Assembly (NCBI GenBank): GCA_000165425.1
Contig: CT868196.1
Coordinates: 310,001 to 374,000 of the forward strand
Length of the DNA stretch: 64,000 nucleotides
Reading direction: 5' to 3'
From: Paramecium tetraurelia
Lineage: Eukaryota
A program made the translations under genes and the position numbers. Positions 29,329 through 43,622 of the stretch are shown here, piece by piece. How positions within the stretch are numbered: the first letter of the stretch is position 1; each line of letters starts with the position of its first letter. Under the pieces are notes generated by a model, which saw only the letters and a list, made by a program, of their open reading frames with translations, searched no databases and was not told the origin of the DNA.

Positions 29329-30727
29329 ATGTACTAAGATATAGATTATAATGAGGCCAACAATGTGAACGCACCAAAAACCTCAACAGAGCACAGTAAT
29401 ACAAAATCATCTGATTCGTAAAGAGTAAGTTATTTTTATTATTAGAAATTATCTCAAATGAAATATAATAATAAAGAAAATCCAGTCATTATTGATAATA
29501 AATACATATTGCTTAATGTAATCTATTAAGGAAAGACTTCAACAATCTTTGAAGGTAATAACACTACTATTTTCAAAGCAATCAATTTATAAATACAATA
29601 GGCATGTGTTGTTAGGATGACTATTTTATCAAAAACTGACAATAGCACTAAAATACTTTAGTACTTTAAAACTTAATTCGAGAATCAGTATGAGGAGAAA
29701 TATTAAAGTGGAAAAATAACATAGAACCCATAAGATTGTCTCGTGAGATTGATCGATCATGGAGTTTTCATGAATCAATATAATTATCAAGTTCTCAACA
29801 AAACCGGTCCTAGCTTAAAATTTTGGTTCAACTTTTGGAAATCAAGGTTTTCCTTTGAATGCATAATTTTAGTCATTCTGAAAACAGTAATAATGTTAAC
29901 ATTTTAGATTGATGCTCTGTAGTTATTGCATTCTGGCAACTTTATTCATGCGAATTTAAATATGTAGAGTCTATTAACAAGTCTGGAAAATTAGAGGACA
30001 CTTTCCTTAGGCAATCTATAATAGGCAATAGTATTCAAACCAAATTCAAAGATAGTCTAAAAATGTCAACATTTAAATAAATATTCAAGTTTGGGATAGC
30101 ATCTAGGAATATGTAACAAATTACTAATAAAATGATTAGAAGTTTATCCCAAAGATGATTTAGAAAGTCTACTCTATATTGTAATATAATTATTGACAGA
30201 TGGAGAATTCTTTGATTATTAAAAAAAATTTAAGACAAGAGCAGACAAGTTATAATGGTATTTTTCGACTAAGCATTCATTTCTACCTGAAAAGGTTCTT
30301 AAAAATTATCCCCCTTGTTTTACAGACTTTGCTAATAAGATAAAATTCCTAAACCCAATGGAATTACCAGTGAATTACGATGCTTTAAAGGCTGTATTTA
30401 AGGGATGCAAAAATTTGGAATTTGATTGGGTAATTTATTTAATCACAAATATAGAGTTCTTTAATTAATGGATTAAAGAAGAACAGCGGAAAAACTAGTC
30501 AATAAGTATCGACATAAAATTTAGAATTTAAATCTGGATAAGTATCACTTGATACAATTAATGAATCATTAAATGAATAAGTCATTGATTTACATCATCG
30601 TTTAGTGAAAACTCAAAAACATATTGGAGATCATTGTGATTACAATCCAGAAACTTAAGAATCTGATGGGGAAATCTCTTTTGAAGAAGAATCAACAGAT
30701 AAAAGCTATGTTTACTGCTTCAAATGA
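29329..30727 (+). CDS. Casein kinase 1-like protein, probable pseudokinase
   Basis: TGPSL, LHSGNFIHANL (HRD to HAN), KYSSLGQHLG, KDDLESLLY, PVNYDALK..FDW. Confidence 0.78.
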
Positions 30728-31268
30728 CACTTACTTAAACAATTTATTTATTTTCTATTAATAATTAAAATTTAGTTAAATATACATCTCTGAATTAATT
30801 TGAAAAATATAAAGATTTCAAATAAGTATAAAAAATATTAAAAAAGTATCAAAGAGAATAAAATATTTGATTATAATTATTATTATTTTGATTCAAAATC
30901 CATCATTAGTAAAATATGAGAATAACAATAATTATTATATCATTCAATCATTCATATATGAATTCCTTCTGATTATGCTGTTTTTCCTTCTTCTATTTTT
31001 TAATACAGTTATTGGATAATCTTATTTTATTTGTTTTTTTACTCCTAATTAATCATCATAACAAATTTAAATTAATTCTCGCGCATTGTTTAATTGCATA
31101 GCATATTAAAATGAATGACAATGTTTCAAGTGAAATTTGAATTCTTAAATAGTTTTGATAAATTAAATGCTTAAAGAATTCTTTAGCTCAGTCAATGTTT
31201 ATAAAATAATCTATATACTAATCAAATATTGAATCAATAGAGTTAATTAGATATAGATATATTATGTT

Positions 31269-32268
31269 TCAAACTAACTAAGATCTACAAACTGGACAAG
31301 TTATATTGGTTTTAATCCAAACTTGAATACATGTAGTGTGAAATATGTGATTTTTATTACATTTTAATCTTGTATAGTATTCATCATTTTTGAAGGAATC
31401 CCAGCAGATGATACATATATTTTCATCAGTCAATTATTAGCCTTCAACGTATTTCTCTTTTTTCAAAGATCTGAGAAGTTTCTAAGTATGTTGAAGATGC
31501 TTACATTATTTTTTGACGTTAATTTCTTTATTGCATCATAGCATTTAACACAAAACCATCCTATACAATGAAATACATATGGAAATATAAAAAAGACTGA
31601 GTCCAAGGAGATGATGATTAGCATAAAGCTCACGATCACATTCTAATCACCTAAAATAATAAGATCTAATACTTGTATAATAATTAGCAAAGCTAAAAAA
31701 GAAGGCAACATAAATAATGTAGTAGATGACCCAAATTCTTAAAATATATTATGTTTATACATGTTTATGGTGATTCTAAAATAGAACGCCTTTTTGTGAA
31801 GTTAGTCGAGGGCATATCTTAAAGCAAATATTGTTTAAAAGTCATTCAGTGTAAATGGTATAACTTATTAGGCATCATATAAGTTGAAGAGATTCAAATA
31901 AAATGAAACCTTCCTTAACTAATATATGGTTTCAGCTATCTTCAATCTAGTCATAAATATATTATTTACAATTCCAATCCAATACAGATTAGCAATAAAG
32001 TATTTAAAAGAGTGTTATTGCATTCAAAAGGACACTTATAAAATGGGATGAAACAAAGGAGAACATAGAGTATTCTGTAAATAAGAATAGCTTGTGTCAA
32101 TCTCTTTAAAGTCAGAAATTAAAGTCTTCCTTTCTTTAATAAATAAGATTGTCGAGCATCTTGCATCACTGCATTAAGAACGTGCTATGAACTTTGGACT
32201 TAGTCATTCCCTTAATTCTAATCAGATATTTAAGGCGCCATATTGAGTTCTATTTATTCTACATCCAT
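31269..32268 (-). CDS. Multi-pass membrane RING-H2 E3 ubiquitin ligase
   Basis: Several hydrophobic helices then CIICWDSF..LKCNKNHIFHTTCIQVWIKTNITCPVCR immediately before TGA. Confidence 0.85.
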
Positions 32269-32311
32269 TTATCTTTTATTTTATATATATATATAATTGA
32301 AGGTTATAAAT

Positions 32312-33016
32312 TCACTTCTTTATAAATATATACATATAAAATTTGAGTTCCTTTAAACCTGGATACAATGTGTGAGATTATTCACGGTCTAACAAACAAG
32401 GTTGGTAATACTTTTCATCTTCCAACAATTCCTTTTTGATCTCAAATAAACCCTCAGAATTCATAATATCTATAAATTCTGAAGTGCACATTCTACTACT
32501 TGGTATTATCAAATAAAATATCCCATTTTATTCTAAAATACAATTATAACTTACTTAATAATTTAACTATTGTTTAATATAAGTCATACAAGGGTGCACC
32601 TGAATAGACTAAATCACTTCCAACAATTGTATCCACTTAGAAACTTATTTTGTTATGATTTCTCCAATCTAATTGCATAAGAATACATGGCGACTGATTT
32701 AATTTTACATTCAGCCAAGCATTATCCAAAACATCTTAATTATAGTCTGTCATAATGACTCGAGTGTATTTTGAGATTAGAATGCCTGCAATACCTACTC
32801 CAGTTCCCAAATCCATGAATATTTATTTTGATGGCATGATATTATAATACACGTATCTCGTCAATACAATGCCTGCCTTTTAAAATGTAAAATCTTTTAA
32901 TTTACTTCCCATAAATGGAATCCATCCTATCCATGTTTGAATTATATAGTGTTCCTTATTTTGATTGATAAACCAGGAGCAAGAATAATGTCATCAATTT
33001 AGAATTATTAATTCAT
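32312..33016 (-). CDS. Methyltransferase-16 family (METTL21/EEF2KMT-like) protein lysine methyltransferase
   Basis: GFHLWEAGIVL, MDLGTGVGIAGI, VIMTDY, LDW, IVGSDLVY. Confidence 0.85.
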
Positions 33017-33144
33017 TTTATTTTTAATGACAAGGAAAATTAGGATAGTTCATAATTTATTATTTTTATACCAATCATATCTGAATGTTAGACAATATAT
33101 AAATATATTTATAATTATAATTTAAAGGACAAGAGAATATATAA

Positions 33145-34893
33145 TCAATTATTTTAAATCAGTATATGCTTCTCAATATTAGAGACTATTTTAGCAAATC
33201 TAGATTTTATCTTTTCATCCCAATAGGGTTTGGAATCTTGCAATTCTAAAATACTAGATTTGTCGAAACCATTCTCAATAACAACAGTTTCATCTGTATT
33301 AATTTTTGAACTAATTATGATTTCAGATGCTCCAAGGCCTGTATTCTCATCAATATTTAACTTCAAAATTCTTTAAATAGGATGCACATTTTTAGTTTTT
33401 ACCAGCTCTAAATCTTTGAAATAATCTATGAATAGTATTTGAACGATTTAAGTAAGAGCAGATAAATAACTTAAAGTTTAATTATTATGTTCTATATCCT
33501 TAATGTTCATATCCTTAAATATTGAGAATATATTAGGGATTATTGTTTAGAACATTAAAAATTCGGTGGCTAATAATAATTATTATTTTCTAGTGATTTT
33601 GCAAACGAATGCTGTATAATAACACGCTCTTTTTGAAACAAATAAACAAGATTAAGAAGTGCTAGATTTGTAGAAGTTCAAATTCAGTAGATGTACTATT
33701 ACTTGTGGTAACACATTCTACTAAGTTGCTATTTCTAAAGATTATAAAAGTAAAAGAGCTAATTGGCAAAACCTTTGCTTTTTTATATCTTTCTATACAG
33801 AGTCTTGAAACATAGAAATCTCTTGGCATTCTTTTAGATATTTTTTATCCAGTATGCTTGAATTTAATTTTTTAAATATCCCTTCTGCAAATTCCTTCTA
33901 ATGATATAATAAGTTTTTAGTTCTGAATTAATCTAGATATTTTTGATGTACACTTTTTGATTGATCCAAACTTGTAGAATATAATGCTCTTTCTTTTAAT
34001 ATTAATCTAGTTATAAGATTTATATATACCTATGCTTTCTTGAAATTCTAATAACTGCCAATACTACAATAATTCGTTTTCTGAGCTAATATCTTTTAAA
34101 TTAAGCCTTTCTCTTACGAAATTACTAATACTCATTATCATCAAAGACGGAATCATCTTAACCCCCAAATTTTAGGGCTTCAAAAGTATCGATAACACTA
34201 TAAAGTCTTTTCTATCGATGGAAATTTGGCTTTAGAATAGCTTTTTCATTCTTTTCAGGTAATTAAAGCTCTAACTTTATTTTAAGAAAATATACTTGGT
34301 AGAATTCTATTATTTGTTTTTGCTACCTAAATAACATATTGATTTAATTCATGTTGATTTTTCATAGTATTAAGTGGATCCAAACTCTCCATTTAATTAT
34401 ATTCCGACTCCTTCATCTCTACATCTGGTTGAATAGTATCATGCATAACAAAAGATTTAGGTGCTTGTTGTTAAACTGTTTGTTAATTTAAATATTTTGC
34501 ATGTCCCTTCTATTTGATATCCTGGAACATTGGGTTTTGATTTCTTAAATGTTCTGTCTTTGGTAATAATTCGTGGTGTCGTTTCAAGGGAATAAACTTA
34601 GGATTTCCTTACATTTTCTCCCAATTCATTAATTTTGAAAGTATATCCACCTCTTTTTTTGATTTGTGACTACTTAAAGTGGAATTGGTGTTATCATTGA
34701 AGTGAGGGGAATCAAATAACTTTATTTACTTCCTTTAGACTGAAATAGATTGCTTTCCAGTCGATATTAAAGGTATATTTAATTCTTTTGAAACTGAAAT
34801 GTATCCATGTGAATCTATTGAAGGAGTTTAACATTCAGACACAAAATTTCTTTAGGTATACCTTGATGACGATCTCTCGGAAAAAATGTTCAT
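33145..34893 (-). CDS. Hypothetical protein, tandem family member 1
   Basis: Code-6 ORF; LFVSKRACYY..ITRKQQLLLATEFLMF..IVQILFIDYFKDL shared with the next three genes. Confidence 0.65.
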
Positions 34894-35094
34894 TGAATAA
34901 AAATGGAAAATAAATTTTAAAATACCTTAATTAAAATTTCTACTTAATTCTATATATAATAATAGAAATTCCTATACTAATTATAATATTCAAGCTTATT
35001 GGGAGACCAAATTATTTGATTAAAATCAACTTATTGATTTTTATATTAATATTAAATGAAATAATATAAATATTGCAATGAACATATACTATTA

Positions 35095-36150
35095 TCATAC
35101 GATTTATTTTTCTAAATGTTTTACTGCCATCTTAAAATATTCTTAAATCTTTCCTTATTAGGATCTATTGAACTACAATAGGCTTAAAATTTATTCATCA
35201 GTGTAAAGACCATCAATTAAATTAAAAGAACCAGAATGTTTACTCTTAAATGTAAGTTATAATTTATTATTAGTAACCTTAATATCACCTTGAATACAAT
35301 CGTAATTACAGATGGCACAATTCATTTCATCAAAATATTATTTAAATAGTAATTATAGAGCACTAATGACAATTCTCTTGCTGAAATTGCAAGATAACTG
35401 ATCTTAAATTATTGCTTCGGCAAGATTAAATAGTATAATCTCCATACCAATTAGAGCTGCCTCTTTCTCTTACAACTCATCTAATATGGCTTCTTTGTAT
35501 TGAGTTCTTTCTGAAACATATTGGGTGAAGTATAATTTATAATCTTGATACAATTGAGAACATAAGAAACCTTTTAAATCGTAATGTATATAATGAGGAT
35601 GTGTATAATAAGCAAGACTTTCAACTATAAATTTAATAGCATTAATCAGCTACATTTTAGATGTATCTGCTTTAGTATTGAAATTAGGATTTTTTAAATA
35701 ATCAAAGACAGGTGATTTTATTGAAGATAACGATTTTTTGCATATTCCTCGACACCATTTGAACACTACTTCATTCAAGACTGTGTCTCTTAATGATTCT
35801 TTTCCATTCAAAGTCTTCCTCAGATTAGTGTTTGGCTTCTTATGTTTTTGATGTTATAATTTTTGTAATCTTAAACAAGCTCTAATCACTATCACACACC
35901 TTTTGAAAATTTTCTTCAGATAATTAAAATTTTATATTTAGAGCAAGTTGGGAGTCATAATCAGCTGCAGACTTTCAGTAGCTGTAGAGACTTTGATCCA
36001 TTATTTTTTGGGAGATGGTGAATTACCTGATTTTTTTGATCTGCTAGTCTCAAAATTAAAATCAGATATAAAGAGATTTTTATTTTACCTATTCGAGAAT
36101 TGTAATTGAGACTGTTAATTATCAGTCAAATATATAGATGCGGTTTTCAT
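35095..36150 (-). CDS. Hypothetical protein, tandem family member 2
   Basis: KWCRGICKK, LINAIKFIVESLAYYTHP, FTQYVSERTQY, LIDGLY. Confidence 0.7.
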
Positions 36151-36431
36151 TAATCGATTTATTATAATTAATATGATACCAATCATTTTATAAAATCCTT
36201 TATAATGATTAGGTTAAGTCCCCTAGATAAACAGCAATATAGGTAGATACAAAATTTAAGCGTCTTAATTAACCCAACTCTGTTATAATTTACATATTTG
36301 ATAAAAGATTATATTTGCTTAAGTATAATTATATATTAGCAAAATTAATAATTATTATTATAATAAAGTAATGAATATAATTTTTAATACATATAAATTT
36401 TATTTAGAGATAAGTATAAATAAATATATAA

Positions 36432-37481
36432 TCATTGATAGAAGTCTATGAGAAATAGTTATAAATGCTCTATGGTTTTATTAAAGTATTATGTTATTTT
36501 TTCATCAAAATTTGGTCGTAAGTTAAGTAACTTTTCAATTTCATCAGAAGGGTAAGTTCCATAAATTATTTAATTGCTTGAAAATAAAGTCTATTGTGGA
36601 TCTGCTTTTAAAATATATTTTTGATTCTTTGTTTCCTCTATTGTTAATTGAATCAAATTTTGTTGAGGTTGGTATTAAGACTTTAAACAGGTGTATTTTT
36701 TCAAATATAAATGTTGAAGAGTACTAATCAGCATAATAATTGCAAATTAGCTTGTATTTGTGAATTCAAAGAGAATAAATGCAAATCTAAAAAAGAGCAA
36801 AACTTCCATAATAATCATTGATTATTGATCTAATGTGATTTCGTTATTTAAATGGGATATGTAAGGGGTTCTCACAGATACAAAAGCTGTAAACTGATTC
36901 TTCTCATTTAAAAACAGTTACGAAAACAAAAAGTGTTTTATTTCAATACTCACAATATCAGGATGAGTAAAATAGGCCATGTTTTCGAAGAAGAATTTGA
37001 TTGCATTAATTAGGATAAATTGAGAATTGTCTTCTTTTATCTTATTTCCAGGGGATTTTATGTAATTAAAGAGATTTTGAGGAATTGTTGAAAATGATTT
37101 TTAAAATATTCCCAAACACCAGGCCTTGAATTTCTCATTTATTGTTTGAGGAAGCTTCAAAGTGGTTTTTTTAACCTTTTTTAGATTTGCTAGACTGTGT
37201 TAGTATGGGGATTCATTAATTACTCTTTATAATCTTCTGATAAATCTAAGAACGATCAAAAATATTCGTAATCTTTTCTTTATTCCAATTCTATTGGATT
37301 GTTTCAACAAATAGCTTGCATTAGAAAAAAGAGTCTATTGCTCCTTTGGATAATTCAACACAGCCTTTTTGGGTGATTCCCTGAATGTAGTGAGACTCTC
37401 GTATTTGGAATAGTTTGATCTGCTAGAATTAAGCTGAACTGGTTGCTTAATTAAATCTTTGAATTCATCCGAAAAAATCAT
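36432..37481 (-). CDS. Hypothetical protein, tandem family member 3
   Basis: AWCLGIFQK, LINAIKFFFENMAYFTHP, FTAFVSVRTPY, IIYGTY. Confidence 0.72.
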
Positions 37482-37527
37482 ATAAATATTATTTTAGATT
37501 TTATATACACAATATGATCAATAATAA

Positions 37528-39025
37528 TCAAAATTTATAAAGAAATAAATTATTAAGTATTCTTTTAAAGCATTTCTTAATTGATGAATGCCATGAGATT
37601 TTGGTAAACAATGGACTCAATTCATCCATTCTATATGTACCAATTATTAGCTCCTCTTTCTCTACTTAAATACACTCCTATAGAGCGTAATCTTTTTTGT
37701 TAACTTATGCAAATTTAAATTAAATTAACTTATAGTTGCCACTTAAATCATTCACTGTTGGTAAATCCGTAAATGTTTTCATAAACAAATACTGCAATAA
37801 AGTAATCAAAACTCTTATAAGAAAGATACTATTGGGTTTATTGATATTAATCACTTTTGGATTATTTATTGATAGCATCAATCCTTAAAGTAAATTGTAA
37901 ATTATAGATTCTGAATAAATCATCACTCTCTATTCATCTGCGATGATTTTATATTTGCTTGATAAGTAAGTCGTACGTTTAGAGACAAATTTACTAAAGA
38001 ACTTTCTTTATTCTTCAAACAGGTCTTTGTACATGATTAACCCAAATTCTCTAATGAATAATTTCTGATTAGTAAATAATTCGAATGAAGTCATAAAATA
38101 CCAGAAAACTTGAGTTGTTACATTAATTGCATGATCTAATTGTAATGGTGCTAATTGATTTTCCTAATATAATTCAATAAATTTACTATAAAATTGATTT
38201 TGTGATCATCAAGTGTTTCGGATTGAATAATAGAAATAGCCTTCGTAAATACCATTTAACACCATTATTTGATTTTTATTGCATTAATAGTTGTGTTGAA
38301 AGATAATTCCTGTTTGCAATCAATTTCTTTTGATATCGCCACATCCCATTATTCCCTTTTTGGTCTTATTAAAATCTATATTCTGCATAAGGCTCTGGCT
38401 ACTTAAAAGATGGATTTTAATTTTTTCAACCATTTATTTTAAAAGGTAAAGTTAGTTAACAAATTCTGAGCATGACCAGCAAAATTTCTGATTCCTTTAA
38501 TGTTTCTTCCAGGTTTTATTGACTTATCTTTGTGTTGTTATAATGAGGCTTACCTTTTCACTGTGACTAATTAGTTTCTTTCAGTTTAAGTATCCAAAGT
38601 TAAATATTTTTTATTTTATTAATTTTCTTAAGTATCTTAACCAACTTCATCAAAATTTTGATTCTACCTGATTTAGCGTTGATTTTTTTAATTTTGGTAT
38701 TCATTAGTTACTGGATTCAATTTAAATTTGTGAGAACTTATGTCTGTTTTCTGTCGTAATTAATGAGAATTCATTTCATCTTAGACTAAAATATTTTTGT
38801 TATGTGCTCTTTAAGAAGCATCATACCTTTATTCATTCCTTTCTACTGTTATAATATTTAAATACAGTGAGCTATGCTATAGTTTTCGGTGTTCTAAACA
38901 TTTCTTTCGGAACTTTAAGAAGTTTCTTTTCTCACCCATTACCTATTTGTAGGTAAATCTAAAGAATCAGATCTTTATTCTTTGTTAGTGTTTTTAATTG
39001 TTGGTAATCTATTTTGATGATGCAT
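37528..39025 (-). CDS. Hypothetical protein, tandem family member 4 (start may instead be ATG at 38939)
   Basis: KWCQMVFTK, FSKFVSKRTTY, LLQYLFMKTFTDL, LIIGTY; intron ~38164-38186. Confidence 0.68.
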
Positions 39026-39055
39026 TAAAAAGGATTAATTATTATTGTTTAAATA

Positions 39056-40171
39056 ATGTAAATAAAGCGAACTTCAATTGAATAAGCTGGTTTGGAAATA
39101 TTGTTGGAAGGCAACATGTCTCCAATTGCTAGTTAATTGGATTTGGATTAGGATACACAATCATTTTTGAGTAAGGATGATCTGAAGAACAACTTCAAAC
39201 CCTTTTAAAATGAGAGAAACTCTATTGGTAAATTAATTCATAGAGCAAAAAGTAATGACACCACGTCAAAATTTCATTTTCTAAAAAGTTAATAAATGGT
39301 TTTGCACGCAAAAGACAAAGAGGCTGTACCACAAGCTAATCATGCATTCAAGTGGAGTACCACTCACTTATTAGGACTTAAGAAACGAGATATAACTCCA
39401 AAGGATCAAGCAGTCTCTCTAAGATAGAGGTTGAGGAATTTTAAAATCAATCTATAAGCTGATTAAGGTTTCATTAAACAGTTTAGAGAATACAAAAAAT
39501 AATATGTTCCAAAAACCCAATTAACCAGAGCCTTCCTGACACCTAGAAGAGAACATTTCTATAGGGATGTATGACTATTCGACTTATTCTAGACTTCTAC
39601 TCCTGGCCCAGGAGTCTACTCAGATTAACTGTTAATCACTGAACCCGGTTAATCTATTGAGTTTAATAAAAGTTCATAAACGACCAAATCGCCATCTCCT
39701 ATGTGTTAGAGGGACTTCTATGATTTCCAATTTCTGAAAAGGAATGATAATACACCTGATTTTCAGAGAACAATTAGCAGGGATAAGGCGTATCAAAGAA
39801 GTATTTTTGCTTAGATTGAAATTCAGAAGAAGGAGAACATGGTATTTGAAATAGGTTTATAGTGAAGAAACTTCAAAAAGAGGAACCTTATGATGAATAA
39901 AAAATAGACAGAGAGATTGAGTACTTATTATATTAATAATAAAAATATGGAAAACTAAGTACTATCTTAAGATATATAGATCAGATTATTAGAGGATAAT
40001 TGATAGCAATAATGAAATCAAGAAGTTAGTATAGCCTGATGCTCTCGATAACAATTGGAGTAAAATGCTGTAAATCTACAATACTTAATTTATAGAGAAC
40101 GTTATGGGTTTAAGAAATTAAAGGGAGGTAAAATCAAAAAGTAAAGAGTATAAACAGCTGCAAATGGGTGA
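39056..40171 (+). CDS. Hypothetical protein with a PGPGxY (SHIPPO/STPG-like) motif; 3' boundary uncertain
   Basis: ATG 39056, coding-like composition with short introns; TPGPGVY at ~39599-39619. Confidence 0.5.
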
Positions 40172-40275
40172 TAATTTATATATTTATATATTGGATTCTT
40201 TTTATCCATTTTAAAATAATACATTTTCAAATACTTATTATTATTTTAACAGAAAAATAATTCAATAATTGAAAA

Positions 40276-41763
40276 ATGTACTATGCAGAAGAATATTCAC
40301 CTCCACGGATTCCTTAACTCAAACCCCTTGCTATTATTGAATAGGACGAACTTATGACTTTGAAATAAAAAAAATTGGAATTGGAACTTAAATTAAAATA
40401 GAGAGAATTAGAAATGAAGTAAAATCAAAAACAAGATTAAAATGATGATCAGGAGAACACTATTTTAAAGATTCAATAGACTCAAGAACCAAAAAAAGGA
40501 AAAGGAGGATCGAAAACAAAGTAAACAGGATAATAATAGTAATAATCATAATCCACTTTGGCATAAATGAAGGAAGCTGAAAGAGTTGAAAATGAAAAAA
40601 AAGAGATGTTATCAAAAATAACATTTTTAGAAAAAGAAAAAAAAGCACTCCAAAATTAATTTGAATAATTAAAAGAATCCATAAGAGCTGATAATGTTTA
40701 ACTTAAGGAATAAGCTATTAAAAGTAAGAGTGAAGCTACGACAATGTAAAAATAGAAGGATGATATTGAAAATGAAAAAAATGCCATGGTTAAAGAAAAT
40801 AGAAAAGTCAAATAAGAAATGAAAATTTGGTAGGACAAATACAACGATCTAGTTAAATCTGCTGCAGAAGCTGAAGCAAGAATAAAAGCTAATAAAGATG
40901 TTGTTAATGAAAGAGAGGAGAAAATTAAATGGATTGAAGATAGATTAAAAAAAGAAGAAGAATAGCATAAAAAAACTTAGGAAAGATGCATGGTCTTAGT
41001 TAATGAAATCAATTAATTAAAAAGAGAATGTGACAATTTCAGAAAAGACAAAGAAAGATTATTAGATGAAATCTAATAAATTAATCAAAAGCATACTCTA
41101 AAGTATAGTGATCTAAACGAATAAGTGCTTCTCTATTAAAGAGAATTAAACGAATAAAAATTAGGACAATCAGAATTTAAGAGATTATTGGATCAAAAGA
41201 GCAATAGAATTAAAGATTTAGAATTTGAAAGAGAAAGATTATTAGTTAGAGTTTAAGATTTGGATAGATTAGAACATAAATTGGGAGCCAGAGATAGAGA
41301 AATCATAGAATTGGAAGTTGAATTAGATAGAGTTAAGAGAATGAGAGGAACTCATATTGTTGAAAAGATAGTTCATCCAATTGGCTATGAGATTCCTAGG
41401 GAAGTGCCTGTGTATCCTCCTTAACAAGATCATGATGTTGTAAAGTTGAGGGAAGATCTTTTGTATTTGAAATAAGAGAAAGAAAGAGCATTGGATGAAG
41501 CCGAATATTGGAAGAATAGATATCAAGATCTAGAATTAGCAGAAGATAGAGCTGTTAATTTAATGGCACATCAAAATAAGAATGAATCTGATCTTAATGT
41601 AAAGTTATAAGAAGCACGAAGCATTATGTTTACAAAAGTCATGGGTTTAATTAATGATTTGAGTAAATTAAGAAGAACATCCATATCTAATGATGTAAAA
41701 GAAGCAATTGAGCAAGTTCTTAATAATCACAATGATATTTTGAAATACATAATGACATAATGA
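40276..41763 (+). CDS. Long coiled-coil protein (~495 aa)
   Basis: Continuous E/K/Q-rich code-6 ORF ending in TGA. Confidence 0.8.
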
Positions 41764-42379
41764 CGATATAATAAATTTAATTATATATTCTCTTATTAAA
41801 GTCAAATATTTTACTTTTAATTAAATTTTATGTTCTCATCTAGTATCAATTCATTAAAATAATGATCATGATATTGTAAATTACAATAAATTTTGTATCA
41901 GGAAAAACGTTCATATCACAATTAAAAAGAGGATGTCTAATCTGAATAAAAGTATCTTGGGTATTCTAATATTCAGTACCCTCCTTATCCCTTTCTTAAA
42001 TTTCATTACATTTATAATAGGTTATAATTCATCGACTCAAAATTATATTTTTTTGTCCTAAATTTTCTCTTTCCTTACTTCTCAATCTTCCATATACTGC
42101 TTTTTCTCTTCATTCTCATCTGAGGAGAACATTTGGATGAATGATGATAAATATTATTCTTTATAATTATAAAAGTGAAGGCATTATAACACACATGATT
42201 GGTCATTAATTGACATATTTTTAAGCATACATTATCTTAATTGCGTCAATCGCAAATATATTTCTCAATATTCATTTAATGTAATTAATGAACATAAATT
42301 TATAAAACGGGTAATCTGCAGATAATTATAATTAATATTATTTCAATTCATAGATTCTTAAATCCATTTATTGTAACTA

Positions 42380-42733
42380 ATGCAGATTGACAAGGAATCA
42401 TCAAAAGAAAAAGTCCCTTTGGGTGAAAATAATGAAAATCCTCATGCTTTAATAAATGTTATTTGTCAAAAACTATAAAGCATATGTACTCTGACTTATC
42501 AAATAACATATCCGAAGATATAAACTAAGAAAATCAAAAGGAAGCGTTTATACTTAAAGAAAAGGAAGGATTGTAAGACAAAAATATCAAAAATCGGTGT
42601 AAAAACAAATTAGTGTTTTTGTCAGATATGTTCAGATTTCAAACTTTTAGAATATATCTCGCAATTAAGTGCTGTTGAAAATTTACAGAATCAATTAGAT
42701 TAGGTTAAGCAGATGGTTTATCTTTTTGATTGA
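42380..42733 (+). CDS. Small basic hypothetical protein with CxCxxC (~117 aa)
   Basis: Intronless ORF MQIDKESS..KKIKRKR..CFCQIC..LFD*. Confidence 0.6.
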
Positions 42734-43118
42734 ATTAACTTGTAAATTATTTCTTTAAATAAATTTAATCAACAATAATTTTACATGTTTTGATGATAAA
42801 CAATCAAATTGTCTTACAATTTAATAAAATAAATGATATCCATCTTATGATATTCTAGATCACTTTTTATCAACATAAATAAATAATACTGATCTCGATA
42901 GAATCTCAATTTCAGATAAATTAATTATACTATAACATCTCAATATATTGAAGTTCTATATATCTATTAGCTTTTTAATATGTCCAAGTTTTGTTTCCAT
43001 TAAATTATTTGGAGTTTCTAATAGTTACAACAAATGAAATAATTGATTTTAGATAGAAGTAAAATTTTAAGAAGATTTCTTAAATTATCAAATAACAATA
43101 ATATTAAATTTATCTATC

Positions 43119-43622
43119 TCATACGGATGGGGCCTTTGGCTGACACTTCATCAACCATTTTCTTTAATTGCGGATTTCCTATAATAGAAATTAAATATTT
43201 TACTTAGATATCTGCCAATAATAGGTAGTTTGGTTGCACTATCATATAGGAATGGAAGGAAAGACTTAAACATCTGGAAAAGTCCATAAATTTACAATGG
43301 AAATCCAACTATTGATAATCTAAGGAAAACAATGATAAAGAATCCCAAAAAAAAGAAAATGCTTCCCTTAATTTTGCCTATGATTTAAATACACTTAATA
43401 TACCTTTCTTCAGGAAGAAGGATAACGTACTTTTAACTCCTATCAATAAACAAAGTCCAATCAAAAATGATAAATTTCCCATCACTAATAAGGCTCTGTC
43501 AAGGAAAAACATAACACCCAAGATAAAAAGCAAAAGACTGACAGTGAGAAAACCCATTCCAATTCCTGTGTTCCTAATATCACAATAGATGATTTACTTT
43601 TAGAGTCATCCAGAAAATACAT
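43119..43622 (-). CDS. GOT1: Got1/GOLT1 vesicle transport protein
   Basis: LDDSKK-IGIG..LGVMFFLDRALLVMGNLSFLIG..FF..GSIFFFLGF..GLFQMFKSFLP..LPIIG; three short introns; stop position ambiguous. Confidence 0.85.

Noticed and set aside
41850..42295. Possible minus-strand gene with degenerate RING-like CVLQCLH
   Set aside because: In-frame TGA and no clear start or splice model; at best a pseudogene fragment
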